A DNA stretch of 64,000 nucleotides from Mobula hypostoma (taxonomy: Eukaryota), in the NCBI RefSeq assembly GCF_963921235.1, contig NC_086107.1, forward strand, positions 112,408,001 through 112,472,000, written 5' to 3'. Below the pieces are notes generated by a model. That model worked only from the letters and a program-made list of their open reading frames with translations. It was not told the origin of the DNA and did no database searches. This document shows positions 12,105 through 25,495 of this stretch, piece by piece. The translations under genes and the position numbers were made by a program. How positions within the stretch are numbered: the first letter of the stretch is position 1; the number at the start of each line of letters is the position of its first letter.

Positions 12105-13842
12105 CTTGAATGCCTTCCATGTGATTTTCTCCAGACCCACTAGAAGTTCTTCAAGTTGCTTGTCATTGATGACCTGTTTGATTTGTGGACCAAAAAAATG
12201 CTTTACTTAATCTTGGTATCAGTTATTCTGACTTGAGTTATGAATTGAAATAACAATTTTGGGCAATTTCAAAATTGATAGGGAAATTTCATGGTGATTT
12301 TCATGATCAGCGCCCAACGCACATTAGATACACCCAAAAGTATTCAGGAACAAGATCTTGGTTGTCCAGTGTAGAGCCATTAGGTAGCCAATGTGTTTAA
12401 TTGCACAACTTCAAAACTCCAGTCCACATTTCATTAGAAGTTTGAGACAATTTGGTCTGTCACCAAAGACACTCGCAAATTTCTACAGGTGTACCATGGA
12501 GAGCATTCTAACTGGCTGCATTACCATCTGGTATGGAGGCAGGCCACTGCACAGGATTGAAATAAGCTGCAGAAAGTTGTAAACTAGCCTCCCGAGCATC
12601 CAGGATGTCTTCAAGGAGCAATGCCTCAAAAAGGCAACATTACCCAGGGCATGCTCTCTTCTCATTGCTACCATGAGGGAGGAAGTACAGGAGCCTGAAG
12701 GCACAAACTCAGTGTTTCAGAAAAAGCTTCTTCCCCTCTGCCATCTAATTTCTGTGAAAGATCTGACAGGTTCTTGATGCGAAGAAGATGTTTTCTCTTG
12801 TGAGAGAAAATAAGGGGTTGGCCATTCAAGATGAGGTAATTTTTTTTGTGTCTTTGGAACGCTCTTCCTCAAAAGACAGTGGGAGCAAAGTCTTTAAGAT
12901 TTTATAAGGCAGAAAATAGATGTTTGGGTGAGGTTATCAGGGAAAGGCAGGAATACAGAGTTAAGGTAATAATCGGATCTTGTCAAATGTCAGAGCACAT
13001 TCGCAGGAATGAGCAGTCTATGCTTGTTCATAAGACCATAAGACCATAAAATATAGGCAGAATTAGGCCATTTGGCCCATCAAGTCTGCTCCACCATTTC
13101 ATCATGGCTGATCCATTTTCCTACTCAGCCCCAATCTCCTGCCTTCTCCCGTGACCTTTCATGCCCTGACCAATCAATGATCTAACAACCACTGCCTTAA
13201 ATATACTCAATGACTTGGCCTTCATAGCCACCTGTGGCAACAAATTCCACAGGTTCACCACTCTCTGGCTAAAGAAATTCCTCCTTATCTTCGTTCTAAA
13301 AGGACACACCTCTTTTCCGAGGCTGCGTCCTCTGGTCCTAGACACCCCCACCACAGGAAACATTCTTTCCACATCCACTCTATTGAGGCCTTTCAACATT
13401 GGATAGGTTGCTTCTGAATTCCAGTGAATACAGGCCTTTGTTGAATATTGGCGTAATTCCAATGTTGATTAGTTTCAGTGGCCTGCCCCTTCCTAATCCT
13501 AACCCTACCTTCCCAAAGGGTCAAGGACCAATCTCTTTAACTAGTAGTGCACGGTCTGAGAGGCTGGACAGTGCACAACATGTAATCACTTTCTCTTTTC
13601 CTCAGGGAGGCCCTTACAGTTAAAATTAGAAGATTCTAATGAAACATTCTGTGTGCTGTCATGGTAAACTGTGAGCCAAGCAAACGCAGGGACTTTGTCA
13701 GCAAAGCTGAGCAACGGGACTGAGAGCAGAGAGGCACCGTGAAATAATGAGAGAACGTCAACCAAGGGAAGTGCAAATCACTCTCACTCTCCAGGGTCCA
13801 GCCAAAGAAGTTTTTGCAACAGAGATGCATGGAGACATCTTA

Positions 13843-14670
13843 GAAACATAGAAACATAGAAAATAGGTGCAGGAGTAGGCCATTTGGCCCTTCAAGCCTG
13901 CACCACCATTTATTATGATCATGGCTGATCATCCAACTCAGAACCCTGCACCAGCCTTCCCTCCATACCCCCTGATCCCCGTAGCCACAAGGGCCATATC
14001 TAACTCCCTCTTAAATATAGCCAATGAACTGGCCTCAACTGTTTCCTGTGGCAGAGAATTCCACAGATTCACCACTCTGTGTGAAAAAGTTTTTCCTAAT
14101 CTCGGTCCTAAAAGGCTTCCCCTTTATCCTCAAACTGTGACCCCTTGTTCTGGACTTCCCCAACATCGGGAACAATCTTCCTGCATCTAGCCTGTCCAAT
14201 CCCTTTAGGATTTTATACGTTTCAATCAGATCCCCCCTCAATCTTCTAAATTCCAATGAGTACAAGCCCAGTTCATCCAGTCTTTCTTCATATGAAAGTC
14301 CTGCCATCCCAGGAATCAATCTGGTGAACCTTCTTTGTACTCCCTCTATGGCAAGGATGTCTTTCCTCAGATTAGGGGATCAAAACTGCACACAATACTC
14401 CAGGTGTGGTCTCACCAAGGCCTTGTACAACTGCAGTAGTACCTCCCTGCTCCTGTACTCGAATCCTCTCGCTATAAATGCCAGCATACCATTTGCCTTT
14501 TTCACCGCCTGCATGCCCACTTTCAATGACTGGTGTATAATGACACCCAGGTCTTGTTGCACCTCCCCTTTTCCTAATCGGCCACCATTCAGATAATAAT
14601 CTGTTTTCCTGTTTTTGCCACCAAAGTGGATAACCTCACATTTATCCACATTAAATTGCATCTGCCATGA
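13843..14670 (-). mobile_element. Young CR1-clade LINE 3' fragment
   Basis: WQMQFNVDKCEVIHFG...KKANGMLAFIARGFEYRSREVLLQLYKALVRPHLEYCVQF and MIPGMAGLSYEERLD...; (ctatgttt)n tail. A near-identical copy lies at 23401-23942. Confidence 0.9.
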
Positions 14671-15872
14671 ATTTGTAACTGCCACGGTGATGCAACATGC
14701 AACTCCAACTGATTGGTTGGAATCTGAATCAGAATCGGAATCAGGAATCAGGTTTAATATTACCTGCATTTGTGGTGAAATTTGTTGTCCTTGCAGCAGC
14801 AGTACAATGCAATAGATGATGATAGACAAAAAATTGTGAATTACAGTAAGTATATACATATAAAATCATTAAAATAAAGAAGTAGTGCAAAAATAGGAAT
14901 AAAAAGGTAACGAGGTAGTGTTCATGGGTTCAATGTCCATTCAGAAATCAGATGGCAGAGGGGAAGAAGCTGTTCCTAAATAACTGAGTGTGTGCCTTCA
15001 GGTTCCTGTATCTCCTTCCTGATGGTAATAATGAGAAGAGGGGATGTATTAGGTGATGGGAGTCTTTAATGATGGACAATGGCCTTTTTGAGGCATCACT
15101 CCTTGAAGAAGTCCTGGAAACTACAGAGGCTAGTGCCTATGATGGAGCTACTTTTACAACTCTCTGCAGCTCGTATCGATCCTGCACAGTAGTCCCCACC
15201 CCAGACGGCAATGCAGCTAGTTAGAATGCTCTCCACGGTACATCGGTAGAAATTTCCAAGTGCTTTTGGTGACATAACCAAATCTTCTCAAACTCCCGAT
15301 GAAAGATAGCCACTGTTGTGCCTTCTTTGTAGCTACGTCAATATGTTGGATCCAGGATAGATCCTCAGAGGTTGTGTCCAGCAAATGTTATTCAGCCCAA
15401 TTGGGTGAGGGGGTGTTTAAGATTCATAAATCAGTGCTTGATGTCGTCAGCAAACATATAAGGCTTTTGTATACACCAGGCTTCATGATAACCCAAAGTT
15501 TGAGGGAATATATAATATAGCCATAACTAGCTTGAAAACTTTTACATTTATGTTTCTTGAATTGGAATCCCCTTATCTTTAGATAGTGAACTATTCATGG
15601 TTGGTAGATCTGTACACTCCCTCTCATGAGGAAGCATCCTCTCCACATCAAGACCCCCCCAGATCATTTATATTTTACTCACTGCATCTTCATATGAAAT
15701 GGGGGGGGGGGGAGGTGGGTCAATGGTTCAGCTACTACTGTACGGTTGCAGAAAGCCAGGTCCCATCCTGACCTTTGGTGCTGTCTATGCAGAGTTTGAA
15801 TGTTCTCCACGTGTCTGTCCGAGTTTCCTCCAGGTGGTCCAGTTTCTTCCCACATCCCAATGTGCATGGGTT

Positions 15873-16091
15873 AGTAGGTTTTTGCAAATAAAAACAGCGG
15901 AGGCATTTTATGCTTAAGAAAAACCATAACAACTCATTTATTGTACGCCAAACACCGAACGCAAAGCACGGTAAAAATCCTTAACGTAATTACATCATCA
16001 CATCATCCCAGCCCCTTAAAGTGAACCCCAACTCAATGTCGGTGGCTGTGAATTATGTACGCTTTCACCAATTAGTGTACATTACCCTACA
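15873..16091 (-). mobile_element. Probable short solo LTR inserted in an HE1-like SINE
   Basis: Inverted termini gtagg / cctaca, minus-strand AATAAA at about 15937-15942; interrupts the SINE sequence. Confidence 0.45.
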
Positions 16092-19000
16092 GGGCCTGTT
16101 TCTGAACTATACTTTTCCATGACTTTATGACTCTAGCCTTTCAAAATGAAAGCAAAGAAATAATAAAACCACAATCATAAATGCACACTTTGTATTGATT
16201 TAATTGATTTGTCTTTAGTAGATTTAATTATTTTAATAAAATGCATGCAATATTTAGTTTCATAAGGAATTATAAGTTTTGTTTATGTATTGTGTATCTG
16301 CTCATAGGTCACGGAACTCACTGGCAAGCTTTTCTTTATTTCAATAATAACAATCATAAAATATTCATAATAAGAAAACATGTACACAGAATAAACACAG
16401 TGCAAAACTCTTTACATTTTATTGTGTGGTCCATGTAGTGTAGGCACATTTTCGTTTTATATTGCAACATTGTCACTCCTGTGATATACGCTTCCGTTCC
16501 TCATTGGACTCAGCTTCTGAATGTGCAATCTTGGAAAAACTCCAAATTCAAGTTGAAGTTCAAATTTAATTGTCATTCAACCATACATGGATGCCCATGT
16601 ATACAGCCAAATGAAACAGTGTTACTACGGGGCCAAAGTGCCAACAGTCACACACAACACAAGGCACATATATCATATATAAGGTGGCAAGCACACGTAA
16701 GGTATCAATAAAATACAGTCACAGATTTTTTTAAAATAGTCCAAGTCCCTGAGTCCGTGAACGTTGCAACAGTCTGCAATTGATACAATATGGCTTGTCT
16801 TCTGCCGAGCAAACGCTGGGGGCAGCTTGGACGCTGCATCACACTACCCCTGGTGGAGCACACCAACTCAGATGCCTCTCTCCTGGGCGGCTGTAAACAG
16901 GCAACACCGTGGCTTGAGGCCTGTGTGGCCTACGATCGAAACCATGTAGCTCCCCCCACCGTCTGCCAATTAATCAGCAAATCAGACTTGCAGGATTCCA
17001 CATTAACGATGTCCAGCAGGGCCAAGCAATCACAAGAAAAGTGGCCAGGCTGACCGCTCGCTGTTAGACAGCACTCTGTCTTTGTGCGCGGTCTCCTCCG
17101 ACGCCTCTCTTGACACAGGCAGCGTGCTCCACAGCAAGTCCAGCTCCTTCAGTTCCTCCACCAGTGGGCATCTTGCTGATGGGGTAGACCTGCAGTACTT
17201 CAAGTTTTTAATGACCAGTAGGGTCTTATGATCATAAAAAATACACTTAAATAAGACAACAACACCCTTGGTTGACCTTGTAGAAGCTGCGGTCATCGAA
17301 TGCACCGCCATGTTACCAGAAGAGCCCAAGTCTGTGTTCCTCCCCCATAAAGACCTTTCATTGGCCACCCCAATATCATTTATATGATGCAATTTATATT
17401 CCGTGTGTTGCCTTTATCTACGTGCCCAATACACTGCCGCATGCAAGCTTCTCACTGTACCTGTACTTCATAGTACTTGTGTGCATAGCAATATATTAGA
17501 ATTAATTATTAGATCATGCCTCCTTCTTCCAGATAGCAAGGGTCTTTCACCATTTTAACTTCAGCACTTACCGTCAATAACTTAAGACCCTGGTCGGATC
17601 AGTTTTGGTCGCTTCGTTATAGGAAGGATATGGAAGCTTGAGAGACGGTCAAGAGGAGGTTTACCAGAATACTGCCTGGATTATAGAACTTGCCTTATGA
17701 GGAACGGTTAAGCAAGCTAGGCCTTTTCTCTTTAGAGCAAAGGAGGATGGGAGGTGTACAAGGTAATACGAGGCTTAGATAGGGTGGACAGACACGTTCT
17801 TCCCAGAGCAGAAATGGCTGAGGAGATGATGTAATTTTAAGGTGATTGGAGGAAAGTATAGGGAGGATGTCAGAGGTCAGAGGGTGTTTTTTTACACGTA
17901 GTGCTGGGTGCATAGAAAGGTGGTGATAGAGACAGATACCTTAGGGGCATTTAAGAAACTCTTAGATAGGTACATTATTATTTCAGCTTATTATGCCGCT
18001 GTCATTTAGGCAGCATTAAGGATCCTCCATCACTGTCACACACAGCTGTAGAAGGATTCTTCATTGCTGTTTCCGTAACAGTCAGTTTGTTAGCCCTGAG
18101 CTGAGCCCCCGAATCCGGAGGACCAGTGGACCACTCTTGGTCTGGCCTCTACCCTTTGACCTGTTTGGCATGGGTGACCCCACCGAGAGCCAAAGGACAA
18201 AGGTCTGATTCCAGGTCACTGAGGCACACAAGCCTTCAAACTCAACTCTGCAACAAGCTTGTGGTCCTCTTGGAGGAGACAGGCACATGGATGGAAGAAA
18301 AAAAATAGGGGGCTCTGTGGAAGGGAGGTTTTAGTTTCACCTTGGAGTAAGTTAAAATGTTAGCAAGATATTGCGGTCTGTACTGTACTGCAATGTCCCG
18401 TGTTTTATGAATCACCCTGTGGCCTGCTGGCACTTTTCATTTACCAAGATGCTTGTCAGAACAAAGTTAGTGCAGTTTTCTCAGACTGGAAAAATGCGCA
18501 GAAAGATCCCAGGAAAGCCACCGTGTATCACACCAGAAGTCAGACCATGAGCAAGGATCCAGGGTGCTATGGACCTGTCATTGCCGGCCCGTGTGTTAGA
18601 ATTCTGAGAGTGCTGCTCTGAGAGTCTCACTGACGATGTTACTAACGCCTCACTCTAAAAAACCTGCCGATGTTGGCTGTGTGTGTATATATATAGCGAT
18701 GGTAAAATGCTCTGTCTGGCCAGGTAAAATGAGATAATATATATGACAGCAAGTTTAACTCACGAGCTGAGTAAAAATAAAGCCCAAAATGCTTTAGTAA
18801 GCAGAAGAAAAGTCAAACAAAACATAGGGTAAATTCAAAGCAGCGCACGTAAAATGCTGGATGAACTCAGCAGGTCAGGCAGCATCGATGGAAGTGGATA
18901 AAGAGTCAACATTTCAGGCCGAGGCACTTCCTCAGGACCGGAAAGGAAAGGGGGGAAGGTGCCAGAATAAAAAGGTGGGGAGAGGGTTTAGGTGATATGT

Positions 19001-19563
19001 GAAGCCAGGTGGGTGAGAGTTCTTTTCCTCTCCCCTCTCTCTTCTTCTATTCCCCATTCTGGCTTCTTACATCTTCTCCTCACCGGCCTATCACCTCCCC
19101 CTGGTGCCCCTCCTTCTTCACTTTCTCCCATGGTCCACTTTCCTCTCCTATCAGATTCCTCTTTACTTCTCCCACCCACCTGGCTTTATCCGTCACCTTC
19201 CAGCTTGTCTTCATTCCCCCCTCCCCCACCTTCTTACTCTGGCGTCCTCTGCCTTCCCTTCCAGTCCTGAAGAAGGGTCTCGGCCCAAGGCATCGGCTCT
19301 TTTAATTTCCACGGACGCTGCTTGACCTGCTGAGTTCCTCCAGCATTTTGTGCGTGTTGCTCAGGAACCATAGTGAGTTGTGGAGCACAGCTCAGCACGT
19401 CACAGAAACCAGCCTCCCCTCCACGGTCAGGCACCACCTACGGAGCGAGATAAACATTTAGTGATTCTGATGAAGGATCTCGGCCCTAAACTCCATAGTA
19501 CCGAACTCATCTTCAAGAAGCAGTACCTCAGAAGGTCCATTATTAAGGACCCCTATCACCCAG

Positions 19564-19769
19564 TGTTGGGCACGTGGCCAAGTGGTTAAGATGTTCGTCT
19601 AGTGATCTGGTTCGAGCCTCAGCTGTGGCAGCGTGTTTGTGTCCCTGAGCAAGACACTTAATCACACATTGCTCTCATCTGTGCGAGGAGTGGCGCCCCA
19701 ATCTGCACCTTGTAAAGCACGAAAATGCCCGACGCAGGCCTCTCATGGTCTGAGTTGACGTTCCCCAGC
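19564..19769 (+). mobile_element. tRNA-derived SINE with 14-bp TSD inside a Rex1/Babar remnant
   Basis: A box tggccaagtgg, B box ggttcgagcc; TSD cccc(t/c)atcacccag at 19550-19563 and 19770-19783. Confidence 0.75.
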
Positions 19770-21599
19770 CCCCCATCACCCAGAGCATACCCTCTTCTCA
19801 CTGTTACCATCAGGGAGGAGGTACAGAAGCCTGAAGGCACACACTCAACGATTCAGGAACAGCGTCTTCCCCTCTGCCATCCGATTTCTAAATGGCCATT
19901 GAACCCATGAACACTACCTCACTACTTTTTTAATGTATATTATTGCTGTTTTTGCACTATTTTAAATCTATTCAATATGTATATATATATTTATTGTAAT
20001 TGATTTACTTATTTAGTTATTTTTTGTTCTTTTTTCATTATCATGTATTGTACTGAACTGCCGCTGCTAAGTTAACAAATTTCGCGAGACATGTCAATGA
20101 TAATAAACCTGATTCTGATTCTGAACTTCGTCTGTTTCCGTCCATGGAGGCTGCCTAACCTGCCCCAATCCTCCGGCATTTTGTGCGAGTTGCTGTGGAT
20201 TTCTAGCATCTGCAGAATCTCTTGTGTTTAAGATGAATTCAGTAAATATTATCGTCTGGATGCTTGAGGTGAAACCGGTGTAAAAAATGATGCATTTTAC
20301 CTACCAGGATAACAAATTTGCAATTTATTTTGACCCTCTGTTGGCATAAAGAAATTATTGCTGGGTTATTATTCTGCAATGTCATAAGAATCTGTGACCT
20401 GAAAGACATTTCTCTATTGCAATGATCGAGCATGCAGCAACTACAGCCCCGGGAGCTCTCTGTTCATTCTGAGCATTACTTCTCCTGGGAGGATATGTTG
20501 GGCCTTGAGGGAATGCTCCTGGCCAGACCAGAGTGACAAGGCAGCTGTGTGGACCAGCTCCTATGCTCATGATTGCCGACTACGGAGACAGCTATTAATC
20601 AACGGGTTTGATTCGTGGGAGAGCTTTGGAGCAGAGGGCACAGCCTCAGAGGAGAAGGATGTCATTTTAGAACAGAGATGAGGAGGAATTTCTTTAGCCG
20701 GAGTGTGGTGAATCGGTGGAATTCATTGCCAGTGATGGCAGTAGAGGCCAGGTCATTGGGCATACCTAAAACAGAGGTTGATAGGTGTCAAAGGTTTTGG
20801 GAAGAAGGCAGGAAAATAGTGTGGCAGAGCATACTCGATGGGCTGAATGGCCTAATTCTGTATTTTAAAATCATAAGAGGCAATCACTACATTTTTGAAC
20901 TCTAACCCTGCAGATGATGGAAATCCAGAGCAGCACACACTGGAGGAACTCGGCAGGTCAGGCAGCGTCTATGGAGAGGAAGGAACAGTCGCCGTTCCGG
21001 GCCGAGGCCCTTCGTGAAGACCTGCTGAGTTGCTCCGGCATTTTGTGTAATTTATTCTGCCTTTTTTGTCCACTTGAACCAAGGAGTAGTGGAGGACGTC
21101 TCTGGCTGCTCTGCTCTGTCGCCCCAGAGCACTCTGCAGGGAGTGATAAATACTGCCCAGGCTCACCTCTTCCTTACATCGATTCAGGGGAATCTGAGGG
21201 GGACCTTCTTCACGCGGAGGATGGTGCGAGTGTGGATGTGTATTCAGTGATAGCATTTAAGGCAAGTTTGGATAGGTACATGGACGAGAGAGGTATGGAG
21301 GGTTATGGTCCAGGTGCAGTTAGACGGGAGTAGGCAGAAGACCAAGCTGGCATGAACTAGATGGGCTGAAGGCCCGTTTCAATGCTGTGGTGCTCCATAC
21401 AGCTTCATGCTGTGTTGCATCAGGAAGGCTGGCAGTATCATCAAGCTTGCCTGCCACCATGACCCCACTCTCTTTTCTCCCTTCCACCTTCACAGAGAAA
21501 CGATACAGCTAGAAATCCCAGACAAACTAAAGCAAGAACAGGATCTTTGTCACAGTTACCAGACATCTGAACCAATCTCCCCTCTCACTTCTTTAAATT

Positions 21600-22330
21600 C
21601 CTGGGTGTTGCTATTTCAGACGACGCACCCTGAACCCAGCACGTAAGTGCAATTGCAAATAAGCATGGCAGCACATCTACTTCCTCAGGAGTCTGCAGAG
21701 ATTCAGCGTGACGTCTAAAACTTTGACAAACTTCTAGAGATGCATGGTAGAGAGTATATTGACTGGCTGCATCATGGCCTGGTATGGAAACACCAATGCC
21801 TTTGATTGGAAAATCCAACAAAAGTTCATGGATTCGGCCCAGTACATCATGGGTAAAGCCCTCCCAACCATTGAGCACATCTACATGAAACACTGTCGCA
21901 GGAAAGCAGCATCCATCACCAGAGATCCCCACCACCCAGGCCTTGCTCTTTTCTCACATCTGTCACCAGGTAGAAGGTACAGGAGCCTCAGAACTCACAC
22001 CACCAGGTTCAAGAACAGTTACTACCCCTCAACCATCAGGCTCTTGAATAAAAGTGGATAACTACACTCACTCACCCATCCATTGAGGTGTTCCCACAAC
22101 TAATGATCTCATTTTAAAGATTCTTTATCTTGTCATTTTACGTTCTCGTTATTTATTGCTATTTATTTATTGCCTCTGCACTGTTCATTGTCTTCTGTTG
22201 GTTGATCTTTCATTTACTCTGTTATAGTTACTATTCTATAGATTTGCTGCAAAGGCCCACAGGAAAATGAATCTCAGGGCTGTGTGTGGTGACACAAATG
22301 TACTTTGATAATTAATTTACTTTGAACTTT
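21600..22330 (+). mobile_element. Rex1/Babar LINE 3' fragment
   Basis: ORF 21744-22061: VESILTGCIMAWYGN...RKAASITRDPHHPGLALFSHLSPGRRYRSLRTHTTRFKNSYYPSTIRLLN. Confidence 0.85.
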
Positions 22331-23400
22331 TTGAGCTTTGAATATATGATGCTAATCTGATCTGAAATAAACTGAGGTGGAGGCTGTGGCTGCTCTGGGC
22401 TCTGTGTGTGCAGGCTCGGAGACATTTACGAGGCTCTGCACAGATCTGAGACTGTGTCCTCTCCGGCTACTCTGGGCTTCACATCTGAGGATTCACTTTG
22501 TTCTGAATGCTATTTGCTTACTTTTATAGTTTGCACGATTTGTTTATTTTTCTCTCTGCACATTGGGTGTTCGATGATCTTTTTTATATGGGTTTCTTTG
22601 TTTTGCAGCTGCCTGCAAGGAGATAAGTCTCAAGGTTGTATAACTTACTTCAATAAAAACCACACTTTGAACTTTGATAATCTAATCTGATCTGATCGGA
22701 GGGAGTTTGTTGGTGGGCCATCAGTCGAGGGCCAGATCGGGTAATAATGACATCTCCTCTTCCATGAAGCATATTGATAAACCAAATGTGTTTTTATAAT
22801 ATTCTGGTCAGCATCTGCCTGAGAGAATGCCAAACATTTGTATCATGTTCCATCACTGGTCAGAGCCAATATGGTGGTCATTGAGTGAATGGAAAAGCCG
22901 TTGTGATTAACAGGTACACTGTAACCCTGGCACAATACATAAAATATCAGAGGAACTCAGTGGGTCTTCTGTGAGAACCTCTATCACTGCTCCACCTCTG
23001 TGATCTCTGCTGTTCCCTGGTATTCAGGGGGTGGGGGAAAGCTCGTGAGGTTTCAGATCACTTACAGCTGGTGGGCAGTGGAGAGATGAATGATGCCTAC
23101 ACTTGTTCTGAATACTTAGAGAGGGTGCACAGGAGGTTTACCAGGATGCACCCTGGACAAGACAGCATGGCTTATGAGAATAGGTTAAACAAACTAGGGT
23201 ATTTCTCTCTGGAGCGAAGGAGGATGAGAGGTGTCTTGATAGAGATGTACAAAATTATAAGAGGCTAGAGACTTTGGCGGGGGGTGTGCGAGACAAATTT
23301 TTTATGCAGAAAATTGTGTGTGTGTGGAATGCACTGCCGGGGTGCTGGTAGAGGCAGATATATTAGGGGCATTATAGAGAGGAACATGGATGATAGGGAA

Positions 23401-23942
23401 ATAGAAACATAGAAAATAGGTGCAGGAGTAGGCCATTCGGCCCTTCGAGCCTGCACCGCCATTCACTATGATCATGGCTGATCATCCAACTCAGAACCCT
23501 GTACCAGCCTTCCCTCCATAGCCCCTGATCCCTTTAGCCACAAGGGCCATATCTAACTCCCTCTTAAATATAGCCAGTGAACTGGCCTCAACTGTTTCCT
23601 GTGGCAGAGAATTCCACAGATTCACCACTCCCTGTGTGAAGAAGTTTTTCCTCATCTCGGTCCTAAAAGGCTTCCCCTTCATCCTCAAACTGTGACCCCT
23701 CGTTCTGGACTTCCCCAACATCGGGAACAATCTTCCTGCATCTAGCCTGTCCAATCCCTTTAGAATTTTATACGTTTCAATCAGATCCACCCTCAATCTT
23801 CTAAATTCCAGAGAGTATAAGCCTAGTCGATCCAGTCTTTCTTCATATGAAAGTCCTGCCATCCCAGGAATCAATCTGGAGAACCTTCTTTGTACTTCCT
23901 CTATGGCAAGGATGTCTTTCCTCAGATTAGGGGACCAAAATT
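23401..23942 (-). mobile_element. Young CR1-clade LINE 3' fragment inserted in an older + strand CR1 remnant
   Basis: ORF 23491-23874 is nearly identical to 14035-14319; the flanks rejoin as an older CR1 3' end (ggatgatagggaaat...ggagggctaag). Confidence 0.88.
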
Positions 23943-24740
23943 GGAGGGCTAAGTAGTAAGGAAGGGTTAGATTGATCTTAGAGTAGGTTAAAAGATCAGC
24001 ACAACATCGTGAGCTGAAGGGCCTGGTACTGTGCTGTATGGTTCTATAATCCTGTCTCTGCCGGCAGGAGGCCCGACCACCTTTCTCAACGTCACCAAAA
24101 TCACCTCCAAGTAAAACTTGGACTTCAGTGAAGCATTTTTAAGACCATAAGATCATAAGACGTAGGACATTCCATCATGGCTTATTTTCCCTCTCAACCC
24201 CATTCTCCTGCCTTCCCTCCATAACCTTTGCGTGGGGGGAGGGCACAATAGTGTAGCAGTTAGCGTGGTGCTGTTACAGCTCAGGGCGTTGGAGTTCAGA
24301 GTTCAATTCTGATGTCATCTGTGAGGAGTCTGCAAGTCTTCCCTGTGGAATGCGTGGATTTTCTCCGGGTGCTCCAGCCTCCTCCCACAGTCCTAAAACA
24401 TATCAGTTAGTAGCAGTTATTGTAAATTGTCCCATGATTGGGTTAGGGTTAAATCGGGGGGTTGCTGGGTGGTGCGGCTTAAAGGGCTGGAGGGGCGTGT
24501 TCCGCACTGGATCACGAAATGAAGTAAAATATAGATCCATTCGCTGTGGAAAGGGTGACACCTCTCTGTCCCTTTTTAGTGAGAGAGAGAGAGAGCCTGC
24601 GGCAGGTCATACTGCTGGGTTATGGACTGCTCTTTGGGGGCTTTGCTATTGTTTGCTTTGTGTATGGGTGCTGATGCTTCCTTCTGGAACAAGTGGAGAA
24701 AAGGGAAAGGGGTATATATATATATGTGTGTGTGTGTGTG

Positions 24741-25495
24741 AAGGACATACATAGTAAATGGTAGGGCATTAAAAAATGCTTTAGAACAGAGGGATCTAGG
24801 AATAATGGTGCATAGTTCCCTGAAGATAGAATCTCATGTGGATAGGGTGGTGAAGAAAGCTTTTGGCTTGCTAGCTTTTATTAATCCAAGCATTGAGTAT
24901 AGGAGTTGGGATGTAATATTGAATTTGTATAAGGCATTGGTAAGGCCAAATCTGGGGTATTGTGTACAGTTCTGGTCACCGAATTATAGGAAGGATATCA
25001 ATAAAATTGAGAGAGTACAGAGGAGGTTTACTAAGCTGTTGCCTGGGTTTCATCTCCTACATTACAGAGAAAGGTTGAACAAGTTAGGTCTTTATTCTTT
25101 GGAGCATAGAAGGTTGAGGGGGGACTTGACAGAGGTGTTTAAAATTATGAGGGGGATTGATAGAGTTGACGTGGTTAGACTTTTTCCATTGAGAGTGGAG
25201 ATTCAAACAAGAGGGCATGGGTTGAGAATTAGAGGACAAAAGTTTAGGGGAAACATGAGGGGGAACTTCTTTACTCAGAGAGTGGTGGCTGTGTGGAACG
25301 AGCTTCCAGCAGAAGTGGTTGAGGCAGGTTCGATGTTGTCATTTAAAGTTAAATTTGATAGATATATGGACAGGAAAGGAATGGAGGGTTATGGGCTGAG
25401 TGCAGGTCGGTGGGAATAGGATAGGGTAAGAGTTCAGCATGGACAAGAAGGGCTGAGATGGCCTGTTTCCATGCTGTAATTGTTATATAGTTATA
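24741..25495 (+). mobile_element. CR1-clade LINE 3' fragment, 204-aa open RT C-terminus
   Basis: ORF 24805-25419: VHSSLK..SHVDRVVKKAFG.LAFI..SIEYRSWDV...LYKALVRPNL.YCVQFWSPNYRKDI.KIERVQRRFT...FFTQRVVAVWNELP. Confidence 0.9.

Larger units (their letters stand above)
10362..12371 (-). mobile_element. Internally deleted Chapaev3-like (CMC superfamily) DNA transposon with two nested insertions
   Basis: Termini cactgggcaac (10362) and gttgtccagtg (12371) form imperfect CAC..GTG TIRs. The minus strand gives a transposase C-terminus GPQIKQVINDKQ...EKITWKAF|KVVENFLGNYRAPNY...HSHLDFFPANLGTVSDEHGERFH*DI...RYQG...MLADYCW, split by the Penelope insertion. Superfamily name is from motif recall. Confidence 0.7.
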
